Source of the DNA: Antedon mediterranea
Lineage: Eukaryota; Animalia; Echinodermata
Direction: 5' to 3'
NCBI RefSeq assembly: GCF_964355755.1
Contig: NC_092677.1
Coordinates: forward strand, 14,468,101-14,532,100
Length of the DNA: 64,000 nt
Position numbers and translations under genes: made by a program. The notes beneath the pieces are model-generated. The model did not search any database. It was not told the origin of the DNA and saw nothing but the letters and a program-made list of their open reading frames with translations. Of this stretch, positions 27,062 through 38,941 are shown piece after piece. Numbering within the stretch: position 1 is the first letter of the stretch; each line of letters starts with the position of its first letter.

Positions 27062-30000
27062 TTATGGGCCTAAGAAAGCGTTTATATGCATTCTGTGACA
27101 GCCATATATTTGTGGAATCGGAGCAAATTCTGCGTCAAGTTGAAACCCGTTAAATCCTGCGGGTATGCATGAGAATTGTTGCCTAGCTCCGACATCGACA
27201 CACCTATAAATCGAAAAATCAATTCATTAACAGTGTACTAAAGCTGTAACAATTTCCAGATCATTATTATCATTATTTTTTTTATTTCAGCAACATTGAT
27301 TTATAACCGAACATAAATAATGATATACATATACATATAATTGAGCATTAGGCATGTGTTTAAATTAACTTAAGCCGTTATACAAAAACATTAATACATA
27401 CCGGAATATATTATATAATATCAAAGAACTTATAACACAAGAATCTCCTGTTCTTCAATTTGCATTCAAAACACAGTATCGGAAGTACAGGGTTAAAAGG
27501 TCAAACTGGGCGACGCCATTTCACAGCATGGAGCAGCGCCCCCCTCCAAACTAGGAAGTCAATTACTCTACCCCCCCTAGAGCATTAGCAGAACCCCTCT
27601 ATGATTTTGACTTTCTAATTTGATGCGGGCGCCCTACTCCTCAGTCAATTACTCTATACCCCCTAGAGCATTAGCAGAACCCCTCTATGATTTTGACTTT
27701 CTAATTTGATGCGGGCGCCCTACTCCATGGCTCACAATGGCGCCACCCATAGCTCTATTCTATCCCACAATGCCTTTCGAAATTGTTACGCGCTTCGGAC
27801 GAACAGGAGATTCTTGTGTTATAAGTTCTTTGATAATATCAATACTTATATATTTATATAAAATCAAATAAATATAAAATTGTAAAGCTCTTTCTACACT
27901 ATCAAACTTCATGTAACAACAAAATACAATCTGCCCATATATGGTGGACATCATATCACTACCATATTTGGGCACATGACACTTGTTTTCGTTAAACTGG
28001 ATAGTTTAGACAGATCAAGCATTATATGAACACATACCGACAATAGTCATCCCGTCCATCGTGGTTTTTATCTCGCATGTACCATGTGTTTGGATACCCA
28101 GGAACAAATACTCCTGCACCTGTCACGTTATAGTTCATCTCTCCCTCAATTGCTGAACCAGCCAATGCGCATGTGAGGAAATATGAGGCTCCATTTCTTA
28201 TGATCCTGAAAATACGAGTGATTTAAATCAATTACAGTGCAGATGGTACGAATGAGCTAGTCAAATGGCCGAATGGTTAAGACAGGGGCGACCACAGTAT
28301 CGGTATGGATTCGAGGCCGACTCTCTCCTAGTGAAACAGGTCTTCTCAGATAAACCTTAGGTCCGGTGTACACATTTTGTCCGTGTGCACTGTAAAGAAC
28401 CCAGTTCATTATTCGAGACGAGAATAGTACAGACAAAGCTTTAGAGAGATAATAAATATAAATATAATTCACCTGCAGAAATCATTGGCTACTCCCTGGT
28501 CTTGTACGTCAACAAATCCGCTAAACATGGATGGAACTCCTTTGTGTTTAATTCCATATTGTCGAGGCTGAATCTTCGTCCCAAACCTGGGACTGTTTAC
28601 TACGAAAAAATATAAATCAAAACAAATTGAATAACATTAAACTGCACCATCAACATTTAAAATATTTGTATATTCAAAGAATATACATCCGAAGAATAAG
28701 GCAATTCGGATTTTCTGTAGCAATAATAATTTCATGGAGAAGAGCTCAGCATACGTCTGGGTGTATCTGAACCTGTAATGTTGAATTCGAGACTTTCACT
28801 CTCTATTTCCTCCTGAAAACGTGACCGATATTTGTACTGTTTGGGCTAGGGTGCTTCTAAATCTTCGATATTGTGCATTATATATTAGAACCACGAACAT
28901 GTGTTTTACACCAATTTCTACACAATTACACGTCACAAAGTCGCATTGAGGGAAAATACACATGTCTTTTCGTAGGACGGTATCAGCTTTGCTATTTACC
29001 TTGTGGAAGATCCTTAACTGCAATCGATCTGGTTTCAATTGGTCCGTAACCAAGATAGTTCACAGCTCTTATGGTGAATATATAAATGCCTGGTCTTAGA
29101 ACTCCACTGTTGTATTCTGTTCGGGTAACAGATACAACTTCTTTGTGCATTAACCCTGTTTCTGGCCTAGACATTGTTATCTCGTAATGTCGCACCTCAG
29201 TTCTTGTGTGGAAAGGTCCGGTCCAAGTAAGTTTGACTCGATTTCTTTGTACCTGTCCTATCATGAGACTTTTAATTGCCTGAGGTGGTCTTGTCTCTAA
29301 AGAAAAAACACATCCGGTTTTATTTATTTGTGTCTATTAGTTAAATGAATTTTACTATTAACATATTCTAGGTTTTAAAAAAATGGTATGATTTAGCAAC
29401 TTTGGATATGTTTGATTATTGGCATAGTAAAATACTTTTCGTGAATAGTTAGCACAGTATTATCTAATATGATTAATTAAGTTTGTAATTAAACAATGCG
29501 ACAATTATTATCTTTTACCTGCTAAACAGTCATGGTTAGACTTTCCTAAGCCTGGTAGTGGAGTACATGCCAGCTCTTTTGGCCAATCTACTCTAGACTT
29601 GAGCATAGCAACAGCGCATGTTTTCTGAACATCACGGCATGTTTCTCGACATGGAATAAACGATGCACCACCATCACATGCGGGAATGTAGGCTGAGCAA
29701 AGGAAATTTTGAAGTCGATGAGAGCACCCAGAGTCGATCAATTCCCTCCATCTCTCCAATTCACGCGCAGCTTCCTCCTGTGTCTGGTGGCCGAACATAT
29801 TCGGAAAGGAGGTCATGGAGAAGCCTACTTCTTGACATATTGGAACTCGTACTTGTTCACAGAAATCACTGTGTCCTAAAATGAAAAGAAAATGAAGATG
29901 TGGTAATTATTAAAACAAAACTTGAAAAATAAATTCAAAACAAAAGGAAATTGCAGTTATTTCAACGTTGTAAATTATTGATGTATGAAATGCTATTTAC

Positions 30001-33000
30001 AAACAGAGAGAGAGGAAGTTGTGGTAGAATCTAGTCATATAAGTTTGGGTATGTCCCACATTAAGTAGGTAAGTATAATGATGATTATGATATGGTGCTC
30101 CTATCCACAAAAGAAAAAAAAACACTGCTGCTATGTTCCTATTACTTACTACTTCCTGGACGTATACTATGGATAAGATTACGACGATTTAGTGCTTGTA
30201 TTGGTCTGAAGTTGTCAACAATTGATTCAACAGAAGTTCCTTTTATTGCTTTCAACATTCTGAATCGTGACATCTACAAAAGAATACAAAAATTTAAAAA
30301 TTAAACTTCAAACTTCCATCACTTCGGCTTATATATGTAGACAAATCTTCAATGTGTCTCATTTACCATTCGGCACGTCGTTTCGTTAGTTTGTCGCTTG
30401 TTATGAAGCGGCAATACCACGTTGACTACGGACATACCACGTTGACTACGGCCATCATAGCACATTGAAACACCGGTTCTCGGCAGATTACCGAAGTTAG
30501 CTAACGTTGGGTTTGATTGCGTTCTTGGATAAGAGAACGTCGGAGAATATCGGATGCTGTATAAGACCAGAGAGTGATGGTGTAATGATAAGGAATTGGA
30601 CTAGCATGTGATAGGCATAAGGAATGATGCATAGGATGCTGATCTGCATAGAATACAACTATTATACATGACTGTATTCATTATGTTTCTTTTTAAAACT
30701 TTTTAAAAATTACCGTTGCTGGAGAAACACAAATTGGCCTTTTGAAAACAGTCCACACAACACTTTCCCAGCATCCGGGTGTTGTTAGAGAACCATTATA
30801 ACGATAGTAATCATCCATCTTAGCACCTTTGATAAGATCTCCAAGTTTGATGAGTTGGGTCATTGTAACAGGAGTGTCAGCTAAAAAAAAATATTTAGGT
30901 CTTCTTTGTAATTCTTCCATATCCATAAAGAATAAAAGATAAAGATAAAATATACAGATTGAAACAAGCTCTCTTATTATGTAATAAACTGTTTCCAAAC
31001 AACTTAATTCCTAACTGTTCAAGTGTTAGAAAATAGTACATAAAGAGGTTCTTTGTGATTATAATTACTTATCATTACTTTGTCCACAATAATGTGTTTT
31101 TGATAAAGATTGTGTATAAGATTATCAAACATACATTGTCTTTCGATACTTGGTATATCAACGCCAAATTTTTCAAAAGCTGCATTTGTTGGTACGCATA
31201 CCTGCAATGTAAATTATAGTTATTTTTTATATGCATTAATGGTAATTATTACTATAATATTCTTGATTTGTTTAAGCAAGGCAATCTAATAACAGAACGC
31301 TAAACTCGCCCTGCCAAGATAGGAACTCGTTACCAGTCCTTTGATCATGTCTGACTGCGAGAAATACCAACAGTACTGTACTATGTACGGTGTCCAACCA
31401 TTTTGGGAAACCAATAGGTCAATCGGAACTCAATTAAAAAGGTGGGGCGACGTGGAATTGATTGTGTCGCAGCCACAGATAAACCCTTTGATCGGAGCAC
31501 AGCATCATTTGGTTAGATGTTGTGTTGATGTTTAACCATGTATACAGACCAGAAACTGTGTGCATCACTTACATCAATGAAAAATCCGAGTACAGCCAGT
31601 CCTCTTGGTGACTTGATTGCTGTGGCTACATCCGGGTAGGTTGTGTTATCCCAGTGCACAATATGCAACTGAAAGAATGAAATATATATTTAAAAACAAC
31701 CTGAACTAAACATTTTTTTAATGATTAGGTTAATTGTTTCAACATTTTAATTTATCTTACTTAGTAACACTAATAATACCAATTGTTATAAGATAATTGA
31801 TTTTTTTTTATAGTATTTAGTTATTTAAATATTTTAAACATAACAATATTTTATATTTTATACATTATCATAAGAATTCGCGCATTCAATGATATTTTTG
31901 TATATTTTCTATCAACTTTTTTTTTTTCATTTTGGGGGTTTTTTTCCCATGAAAACTTGGTTTATCTGTTTGGTCGGTTCTTAATTGTTTGTGTTGAACA
32001 AATAAATAATTGAAACAAACAAATTAATAAATGGAATTATTTTTAGAGGACATATTTAATTTCATACTTGTGTTTGTTTATGTACGTTTCTTTCTCATTT
32101 TAGTTTCTTTTTTTTGGTATTAATAGTAGTAGTTTTGACTTTTTGACTTGGTCTCAGTGGTCATGAGTTTTGTAATTAATTTGTTATTTAAAATACGGAA
32201 ATAGGCTGCATTAGGTTAATTAAGATAATTGGTAACGAAACACGTACCACTCTGTATCCGTAGCTTGTCATTGAAACACAGTTATAATGTTATAAATAGA
32301 TAATTCGAACAATACAGAACAGTATAAAAGTGGTATGTAAATTGATAAAATTCATTTCTTACTAACATACAGATGCTAGTTATTTAATTTATTTTTGCTT
32401 AAGAACATCAAAGTAAACCGACAAAATGAACATAATTACTAATTTTATTATAAAATAACATATTCCATATACATTAATATTATTATGGTGAATTTAAAAC
32501 TTTGTAATAACAAAGTTATAAGAATACACAGAATATGGGAAGTTCAAAGTTCATGGAATTAAAAAAAAAGTACATTTATTTCACAGTTTGTGTCCATTAA
32601 AGGAACTGGTTAGGCCTATGAATACAATTAGGATATTAGTAAAACTTTATATCAAATGATCTCTTTAATTAGTTTTAATTAATTTAAAGATGTATGGGTA
32701 TGTGTTTGTTTCTTACCTCAGCAGGATAAAATTTAGCGTTGAGGGCGTGTTCTGATCCACGATTATTTTTAGCTCCCCAATGCAAATGAAATTGTAGTGC
32801 TTTGTAAGTACCACCGAGACTGCCACCAGATACAGAATAGTCTTTTAGTAGATCGACAGAGGCTGAGATCAAATGAGAAAACAAACATTTTTAATTACTT
32901 CAATCTATCTGCATTATACATTTAAAAGTTAACTTTGTACTTTAAAATTTGAATTGACTGCTATACCAAACATTGAGTTATCTATTTTTCAATTTTAAAC

Positions 33001-35782
33001 TTACAGGAAATTTTTTTCATAATAATTAGTGCCTTGTATAAGAAAAAAAAATTATATTATGTTTAACATACCTGTATGTCCATTGTTTCTTAGTTTCATA
33101 ATACCTGGCGCTGGGGCATCAAAGTAACCTCCCAACTGGAAGCTGCCCAGGTCAGTTTCCTCTGCTATTGTGTCATCTAGATTTATTGGTGATTGATTCA
33201 GACCACCGCATTGACTATATGTTGTTTTCCAGAAAGAAGGTCCTAAAAATAATATAAATTGTATAAATATTTATATCTAAAAATATTTCATCTCTATTGC
33301 AAATAACTTCATATTCGATTTAAATTATTCATATACTTGTATTTCGTTTAAAATATTCTAAAATAGACATTTTGAAGTGATCTCATTCTATATATTAAAT
33401 TTATTAAACATAGATCATATGCAACAATCTACATAGTTGTGCAGCAAAATAGTAAAAAAAAAATATTTATCGCGAAAATATATTGTAAAACAAGAATTTA
33501 GTGCTATTTACTGTACAATTACTGCTTACTGTAGGTTAAATATATGTTTTACCTTTGTTGTCCGGTCCATAGGTCCAAGTAGCTGCCCCTAAAAAAGTAT
33601 TTTAAAAGAATAATGGTTTTAGATACTATATTTAAGAACTGAATATTCAACAAGATAATTGAATTGTGAGTTGTTGACGAAACTATTTCAAATATTTTTT
33701 TTTTTGTAATATGTAAAGTAGGCCTATTCATACTATATTTCTTAATGACCCAAAATCTTCAAATGTTTATTACTTGATATAGTTTATAGAAATACAGAAA
33801 AATAGCATTTACTACAGTAGGTCTAAAAGTGAAGAAGCATGAGATTCATTTTTGTGATACAAAAGTGAAGTGGAATATAGAATTATTTGAGCTGGCACAA
33901 TTAACTTTAGCTCAATTATGCAACTAATCACTAGGTCAAATGTCATTTATTTTTAGGTCCCCTATCACGTGATTTGTTCGTGTTTTATTAAAGTCTGGGT
34001 TAAGATCCCTTTCTGTCGTATATAAAGGAAATGGAAACGACGTGTGTATGACTAAAATGACACGGACAGATTTTCCCCTGCTGATCGTTCAAAGTTTCTG
34101 TTGGCTTTTTGACATCCTTTATTAACTTCGCCAGAATGACACATCGGTCATAAACTCAGCACATAATCAAACATATCCTTAACACGTGTATTACCGGCAA
34201 AAAATCTAAAAGATTTTTGCAAATTGAAAATAACTTATTTATTCAAATTAAAACGTAAACAGTTTATTTAATGATAATCGGATCTGAATTAAATGATTAC
34301 TGTACATTACTTTAAACTAAACAAGTACCACCACAATACAATTCATATCTATACTTTTATCAAAATTGCTATTCTACAAGAATAGTGAAAGTATACAGGA
34401 TTGTTTGTTTTTTGTGTTATTTTTTGGTAAAACTTTAAAAACATAATTAGTAGGCCCTATTGTTATATTTCTTTATTCTAAATTTTTCGTTAAAATCAGT
34501 GAAGAGTGAACTTCCCTGGTTGACACTGCAGTAAAAATAATTGAATTTGATTTAGTAAATGCAAGTAAACAGAGTTAAATTTTTAAGAACTATTACTTTA
34601 TTCTGGTATTTAAAAAAAAAATTAATAATTAATCACCATTTCCCTATACATGTGTCATCACATAATGTCGTTACGAATGTTTCTACTTTCGTTAAAAAAT
34701 AAACCATATCACTGAGATTAGCAAGTGAAAATAAATGCTTTTTGTTGATAAGTTAAAAGTATAATTGATTCATTTGAGTAATAAGAATGTTTTTAGTTTT
34801 CGTAATTTTTATTGATGATTAAAAAAGGAATCGGTCGGGGGTACTTGTAAGGATATTTTTGGCTAAAAACTGATACAACTAACATTAACAACATCAATAA
34901 AAACATAATTAACTATTTTGTCGCCAGACTGTTATTTGTCTCAATTCTTTGGGTTAAATGATTACTCATTTAGTAATAACTAAAAGTGTATATATATTCA
35001 AAGAATATATTAGACGAAAGCGTCATATTTCTAATGTAACACATTTTAATGTTCAACTAAAAGAAAGAGGAAATGAAGAAGGCTACCTAAATCACCCTTC
35101 CATTACAATAAACCTCTGAGCATACTATTCTTTTTTTTCTACGTGAAAAAGATACACTAATAGCCAATAAAATATACAAAATTAAACATCCTTTTTTTTT
35201 AAATTTGTTGTTTGTATGATCACCTTTTTCCAAATCACACATTAGGCTTGTTATCATTAAGTTCATGATGTTAAATATTATATATAATTCAAGTAATCAA
35301 CGAATTTTGTTTAGAATTAAAATAATAATTACACGTTTTAATAATGTGCTGCATATACAATTTACAACATAATTCTAAACTATTAATATAAATATCTTAT
35401 ATACTGTACAATGAATGCCTTTTTATTAACAAAATTAATCATTTCAAAACATAATTACATTATAATCGAGTAGTGAACTTGATAATACCTAAACTATAAT
35501 CGTTTTTTTTTATATCCTTTTGACAAAAACTTCTACATAATTTTACTATTTGAATACTTGCATGCGAGCATAATGTTACAGTATAGGCCTATTTCAATGT
35601 TGGTCTCTTGTAGAAAACCAAGAAACGTCAAAACATGCCATTATACATAACACAGCAAATTGATGAATGATATTCCAATTCCATAACAGTCAAAATGATT
35701 TTATATTAAAATAATGATATAAACTAAACTTACCAGTTGTGATTGCACAAGTATATAAAGTAGCAAGAATCAACGAGTACAT
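27062..35782 (-). CDS. Secreted mosaic protein: signal peptide - alpha-carbonic anhydrase - Frizzled CRD - fibronectin type III - uncharacterised Cys/Asp-rich repeat domain; 13 exons, 648 aa
   Basis: Exons (minus): 35782-35734, 33588-33553, 33242-33072, 32862-32717, 31668-31573, 31201-31135, 30880-30714, 30273-30150, 29875-29519, 29296-29000, 28599-28473, 28205-28038, 27203-27062. The sum is 1947 nt, in frame. CA motifs: [68 protein letters not shown] with all 10 Cys (CEQVRVPIC...[14 protein letters not shown]...). FN3: LTW...Y...[14 protein letters not shown]. No transmembrane segment. Confidence 0.88.
27422..27832. mobile_element. P-superfamily-like MITE with internal 86-bp tandem duplication
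   Basis: Perfect 32-bp TIR CAAAGAACTTATAACACAAGAATCTCCTGTTC; 7-bp TSD ATAATAT (27415-27421, 27833-27839); internal duplication 27557-27640 / 27643-27726. Confidence 0.8.
27886..28016 (-). mobile_element. PIF/Harbinger-type MITE, family AGCTCTGTCTACACTATCAAA (degenerate copy)
   Basis: AGCTCTTTCTACACTATCAAAC...CATATCACTACCATATTTGGGCAC...GATAGTTTAGACAGA. Confidence 0.75.
28257..28425 (+). mobile_element. tRNA-derived SINE remnant
   Basis: Pol III A-box TGGCCGAATGG (28266) and B-box-like GGATTCGAGGCC (28307), no cloverleaf, non-tRNA body follows. Confidence 0.5.
30409..30563 (+). pseudogene. Degenerate 5S rRNA pseudogene (or SINE3 head) with tandemly reiterated 5' end
   Basis: GACTACGGCCAT...TTGAAACACCGGTTCTCG..GATTACCGAAGTTA..AACGTTGGG...CTTGGAT...GAATATCGGATGCTGTA follows metazoan 5S along its length with many substitutions. 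The 20-nt 5' unit (ATACCACGTTGACTACGG..) is repeated upstream. Confidence 0.75.
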
Positions 35783-35904
35783 ATTGCAAAAAAGTCTTTT
35801 CCACGCCGTATTTAAAACAAAAATTCTATATGTGTAACTGGGTACCTGTCTTACCGACCAGCAGCAGACGATTGTATGAAATGGATTGTTTGCAACGTTA
35901 CCTC

Positions 35905-35916
35905 CCTTTTAATAGT
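35905..35916 (-). promoter_or_regulatory. Candidate TATA-like box of the CA-CRD-FN3 gene
   Basis: GGGACTATTAAAAGGGAGG on the minus strand about 125 nt upstream of the ATG, with GC-rich flanks. Confidence 0.35.
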
Positions 35917-36599
35917 CCCGGTCTCAGATGATATGACCTCAGAAGAAGCGATTGACTCACTCTTTGAGGAAGGAGCTCCTAAATTAAGGTCATGATGTTT
36001 GCATACGATGATGACGATAACTCGAAAAACAAACTAGCATGATAATAAGGTAGATAATGTATAAAATTAATATTGAAAGTTCATGGCCTGAAACCAAAGA
36101 GAAATAACAAACATGTATTATAATTCTGACCAACAGAATCTGCATATTAATTAACAACATTACATAAGTGATAATGAAGATTAAAATGTTGTATAACTGT
36201 TTTGTGACATTAACAGGGATTTGAAACTTAGTCCCAGATCTGATGTTCTATTTTTTATTGTGCTAATGTTTGATAAATTATCGATAGGCGTAGGGACGTT
36301 TGATAATTATCAATATGATCATTGAGACTCAGTTATACGTAAAGCATGTCCGTACGCATGTACCGGTACGTAACCAATGATGTGGGCTTAGACTTGATCC
36401 AAGTAGATGTCTCTGATTTGTCTTTTTGGACCCTGGATTAGTATCCCGGATTTTCTAACTGAAAAAAATAATTGTTTATAATGCTAACGTATTATAAACT
36501 AAGACTGCATGTTATGCAATTAGGATATGTATGATGTTAATCTGTGTCATTCGTTTTGAGCGGTCTAGACATTTTCGCAGGCAAATCGGAGCTTTAATA

Positions 36600-36732
36600 T
36601 TTTTAGTCGCGTGGACGCGACTCTATAGTTCACTATGTCGGTCGGTCGGTCGGTCTGTCGGTCGGTCGGTCTGTCTGTCGGTCCGGTATCACTTTGCGTT
36701 TTAGCACGCGACTTATGGCTGTTGGCCTTGTT
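36600..36732 (+). mobile_element. DINE-1/HINE-like (Helentron-associated) short element
   Basis: T-run, hairpin AGTCGCGT-GG-ACGCGACT, (GTCG/GTCT)n microsatellite, 3' GCACGCGACTTATGGCTGTTGGCCTTGTT. Confidence 0.65.
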
Positions 36733-38824
36733 TAGCAGCACAACAGTTTCCAATGCTTGATTAATTATTCTTTAATTCGTTGATATAAAAAACATTTTAG
36801 AAGTAATATACAGTACTTTTAGTTTAAACACCATACTATCAAAAATAGTGTTTAGTTTTTCCTTTCCTTGTTAATATTCCTCAAACAAGCAAAAGCTATT
36901 ATCGTCTAATTTTTCAACGACTAAGTTAAACAACAAAAACACAAACTTATGTGTATGTTTTAGAATTTTGGAAAGAGGTGAACATCATACAGTCGTCAAT
37001 ATAGTGTTGCTTATAGGAAATCAAAATGTTTTTTGGAAAGAGATTTGACATATACAACAAACGTTTTTCGTACCCGGATCCCTAAACATCTATATAGTAA
37101 AACCTTGATATACAGAAAGTAAGAAAGGGTCACATAAGCTATTAAGCTTTTCAACCAATCCATTACCATCATATCAAGAAAGTAAATTATATACTTGTAG
37201 TTGTTTTTTTAATCACTGAACAATAAAATAATTTCGTAAAATATAGTATTCTGACAACATATCAAAGTAATTTTGTTTTTCATTAAAAATTCATATGACC
37301 ACCGTTATCTCTTTCTCACATAAGCTGCGCCTATATACGTACTTTCACTTAAAAAATAAATGTAACGATTAAGAAAAGTCTTTTAGAAAGTATTGCTTTT
37401 CAATCAATTAACTAATTAAAGGTAATTGTATAGAAAGTGTCTCTTATCTAGGTCCTCTGACGTCATTGAAATGTAGTTCGTTTTCCAAAGTCATAATCAT
37501 GTCTGGAAATAATGATACCGCATTTTTAACTAACCAAATAGTTATATAATTTTATTAATTTTTGTATATTCTCTGCTGAATCTGTCAATTTTGGAAACAT
37601 AGAGAAATTTATTTTTGTTTTCATTTTTATATGTTTAAGACGTAATTAAATGTCTGAAATAAATAATTAATAATATTTTGTAGAATCGACGATTGGGATA
37701 TGACAACATAAGTGTATCTCAGCTAATCAGGACCCCTTTTCAATAATTGTATTGAATCATTTTGATGTGACACAGTAATAAAGATTTTACAATTTTTAAT
37801 GTCAGCACGAATATTATGACTAAAAAATAGAGTTTATCTTACTATAATAAGTTTACAATAAGTATTCACACAATATTAATCGTGTTCAAAGGATGACTAA
37901 TCGTGACGTCAGAAGGATTGTCGTACGCCCTCACTCGGTTACAATAAGTATCCTGGTACAAAAGGGACGGTATTTCTAAATTAATGATTCAGAATTGAAC
38001 AATGAAAAAAAATAAGAAAGAGTAACAATACTGAGAAGTTAGGGGTCGAAATGTTGTATTTTTAAATACATTTTTTAATATTTTGTATTTTTAAATAAAA
38101 TTACCTAATCATGCTATTTATTTATGGACTAGTCCGATCTTTACGGTATATTTGATTTCAACCATTATTAACATAGGTCCTTAATATTGATAACATTATA
38201 ATTACATTACATTTTCCGGTATACCGTTTATTTTTCTAAAAGGTATGGTTGAGACTGCCTTGACGTTGTGTTACGCCGGCTTTTGAATTATTATCATTAT
38301 TTCTAGAGAACTTATTATTTAGTAAATATGAGCTTGAGTATTTGCAAAATCGTACTTTTAAACTAAGTCTTATTTTAGGCTTAGCGAGTGAAGTTAAAAT
38401 AGTTTTGAGTTAAAACCCTGGTTAGGATTGAACCCTGTACCTTAAGATGGAACTGCGTCATTATAAATGTCCCTCATTCGTTTCACAGGAATTTACTGTT
38501 CCATAATTAGAGACGGCCCTTTGGATGCCAACAAAGAGGATTGTAATTATTGCCAGGGCGTCGTCATGATTGAAAACCCATCCATACCCCTAACCAAAAT
38601 CGCATCTGTCGTTGCATGTATGGAATTCACTTATGATTACACTTGACTCAAGTATTTAATAATTGCTATTGTTCCAGACATGTAGACTGCTACAATAGAG
38701 AGAACTAATTGGAATAAATTGCATCAGTTAATTGTTTTGTTTAAATGATACAATTAATGTAAATCATTTTTCCAGCTTTCTTAGTAATGAGTAACTTTTG
38801 ATTAATTTATGGAGTAATGTGCAG

Positions 38825-38941
38825 TTTGGTAGTGATGTGCCCAAATATGGTAGTGATATGCCCAAATGTGATAGTGATGTGACATCCATATGGGCGCAAC
38901 ACATTTTGTTTTCACATGAAGTTGATAGTGTAGACAGAGCT
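38825..38941 (+). mobile_element. PIF/Harbinger-type MITE, 5'-truncated copy
   Basis: GATGTGCCCAAATATGGTAGTGATATG core and terminal TGATAGTGTAGACAGAGCT. Confidence 0.75.

Noticed and set aside
27557-27726. CRISPR-like or other prokaryotic repeat array
   Set aside because: Simple two-unit tandem duplication without spacers, inside a MITE, in spliceosomal-intron-containing animal DNA.
28682-29053. Possible extra exons (ORF 28796-29053; pseudo-exon starting 28772) in the CA mosaic gene
   Set aside because: They need a 13-nt intron or hit stops in the required phase, whereas 29000>28599 splices cleanly.
27062-35782. Identification as a PTPRG/PTPRZ-type receptor phosphatase (CA+FN3)
   Set aside because: The CA has intact Zn ligands, a CRD intervenes, and the frame ends with no transmembrane or phosphatase domain.
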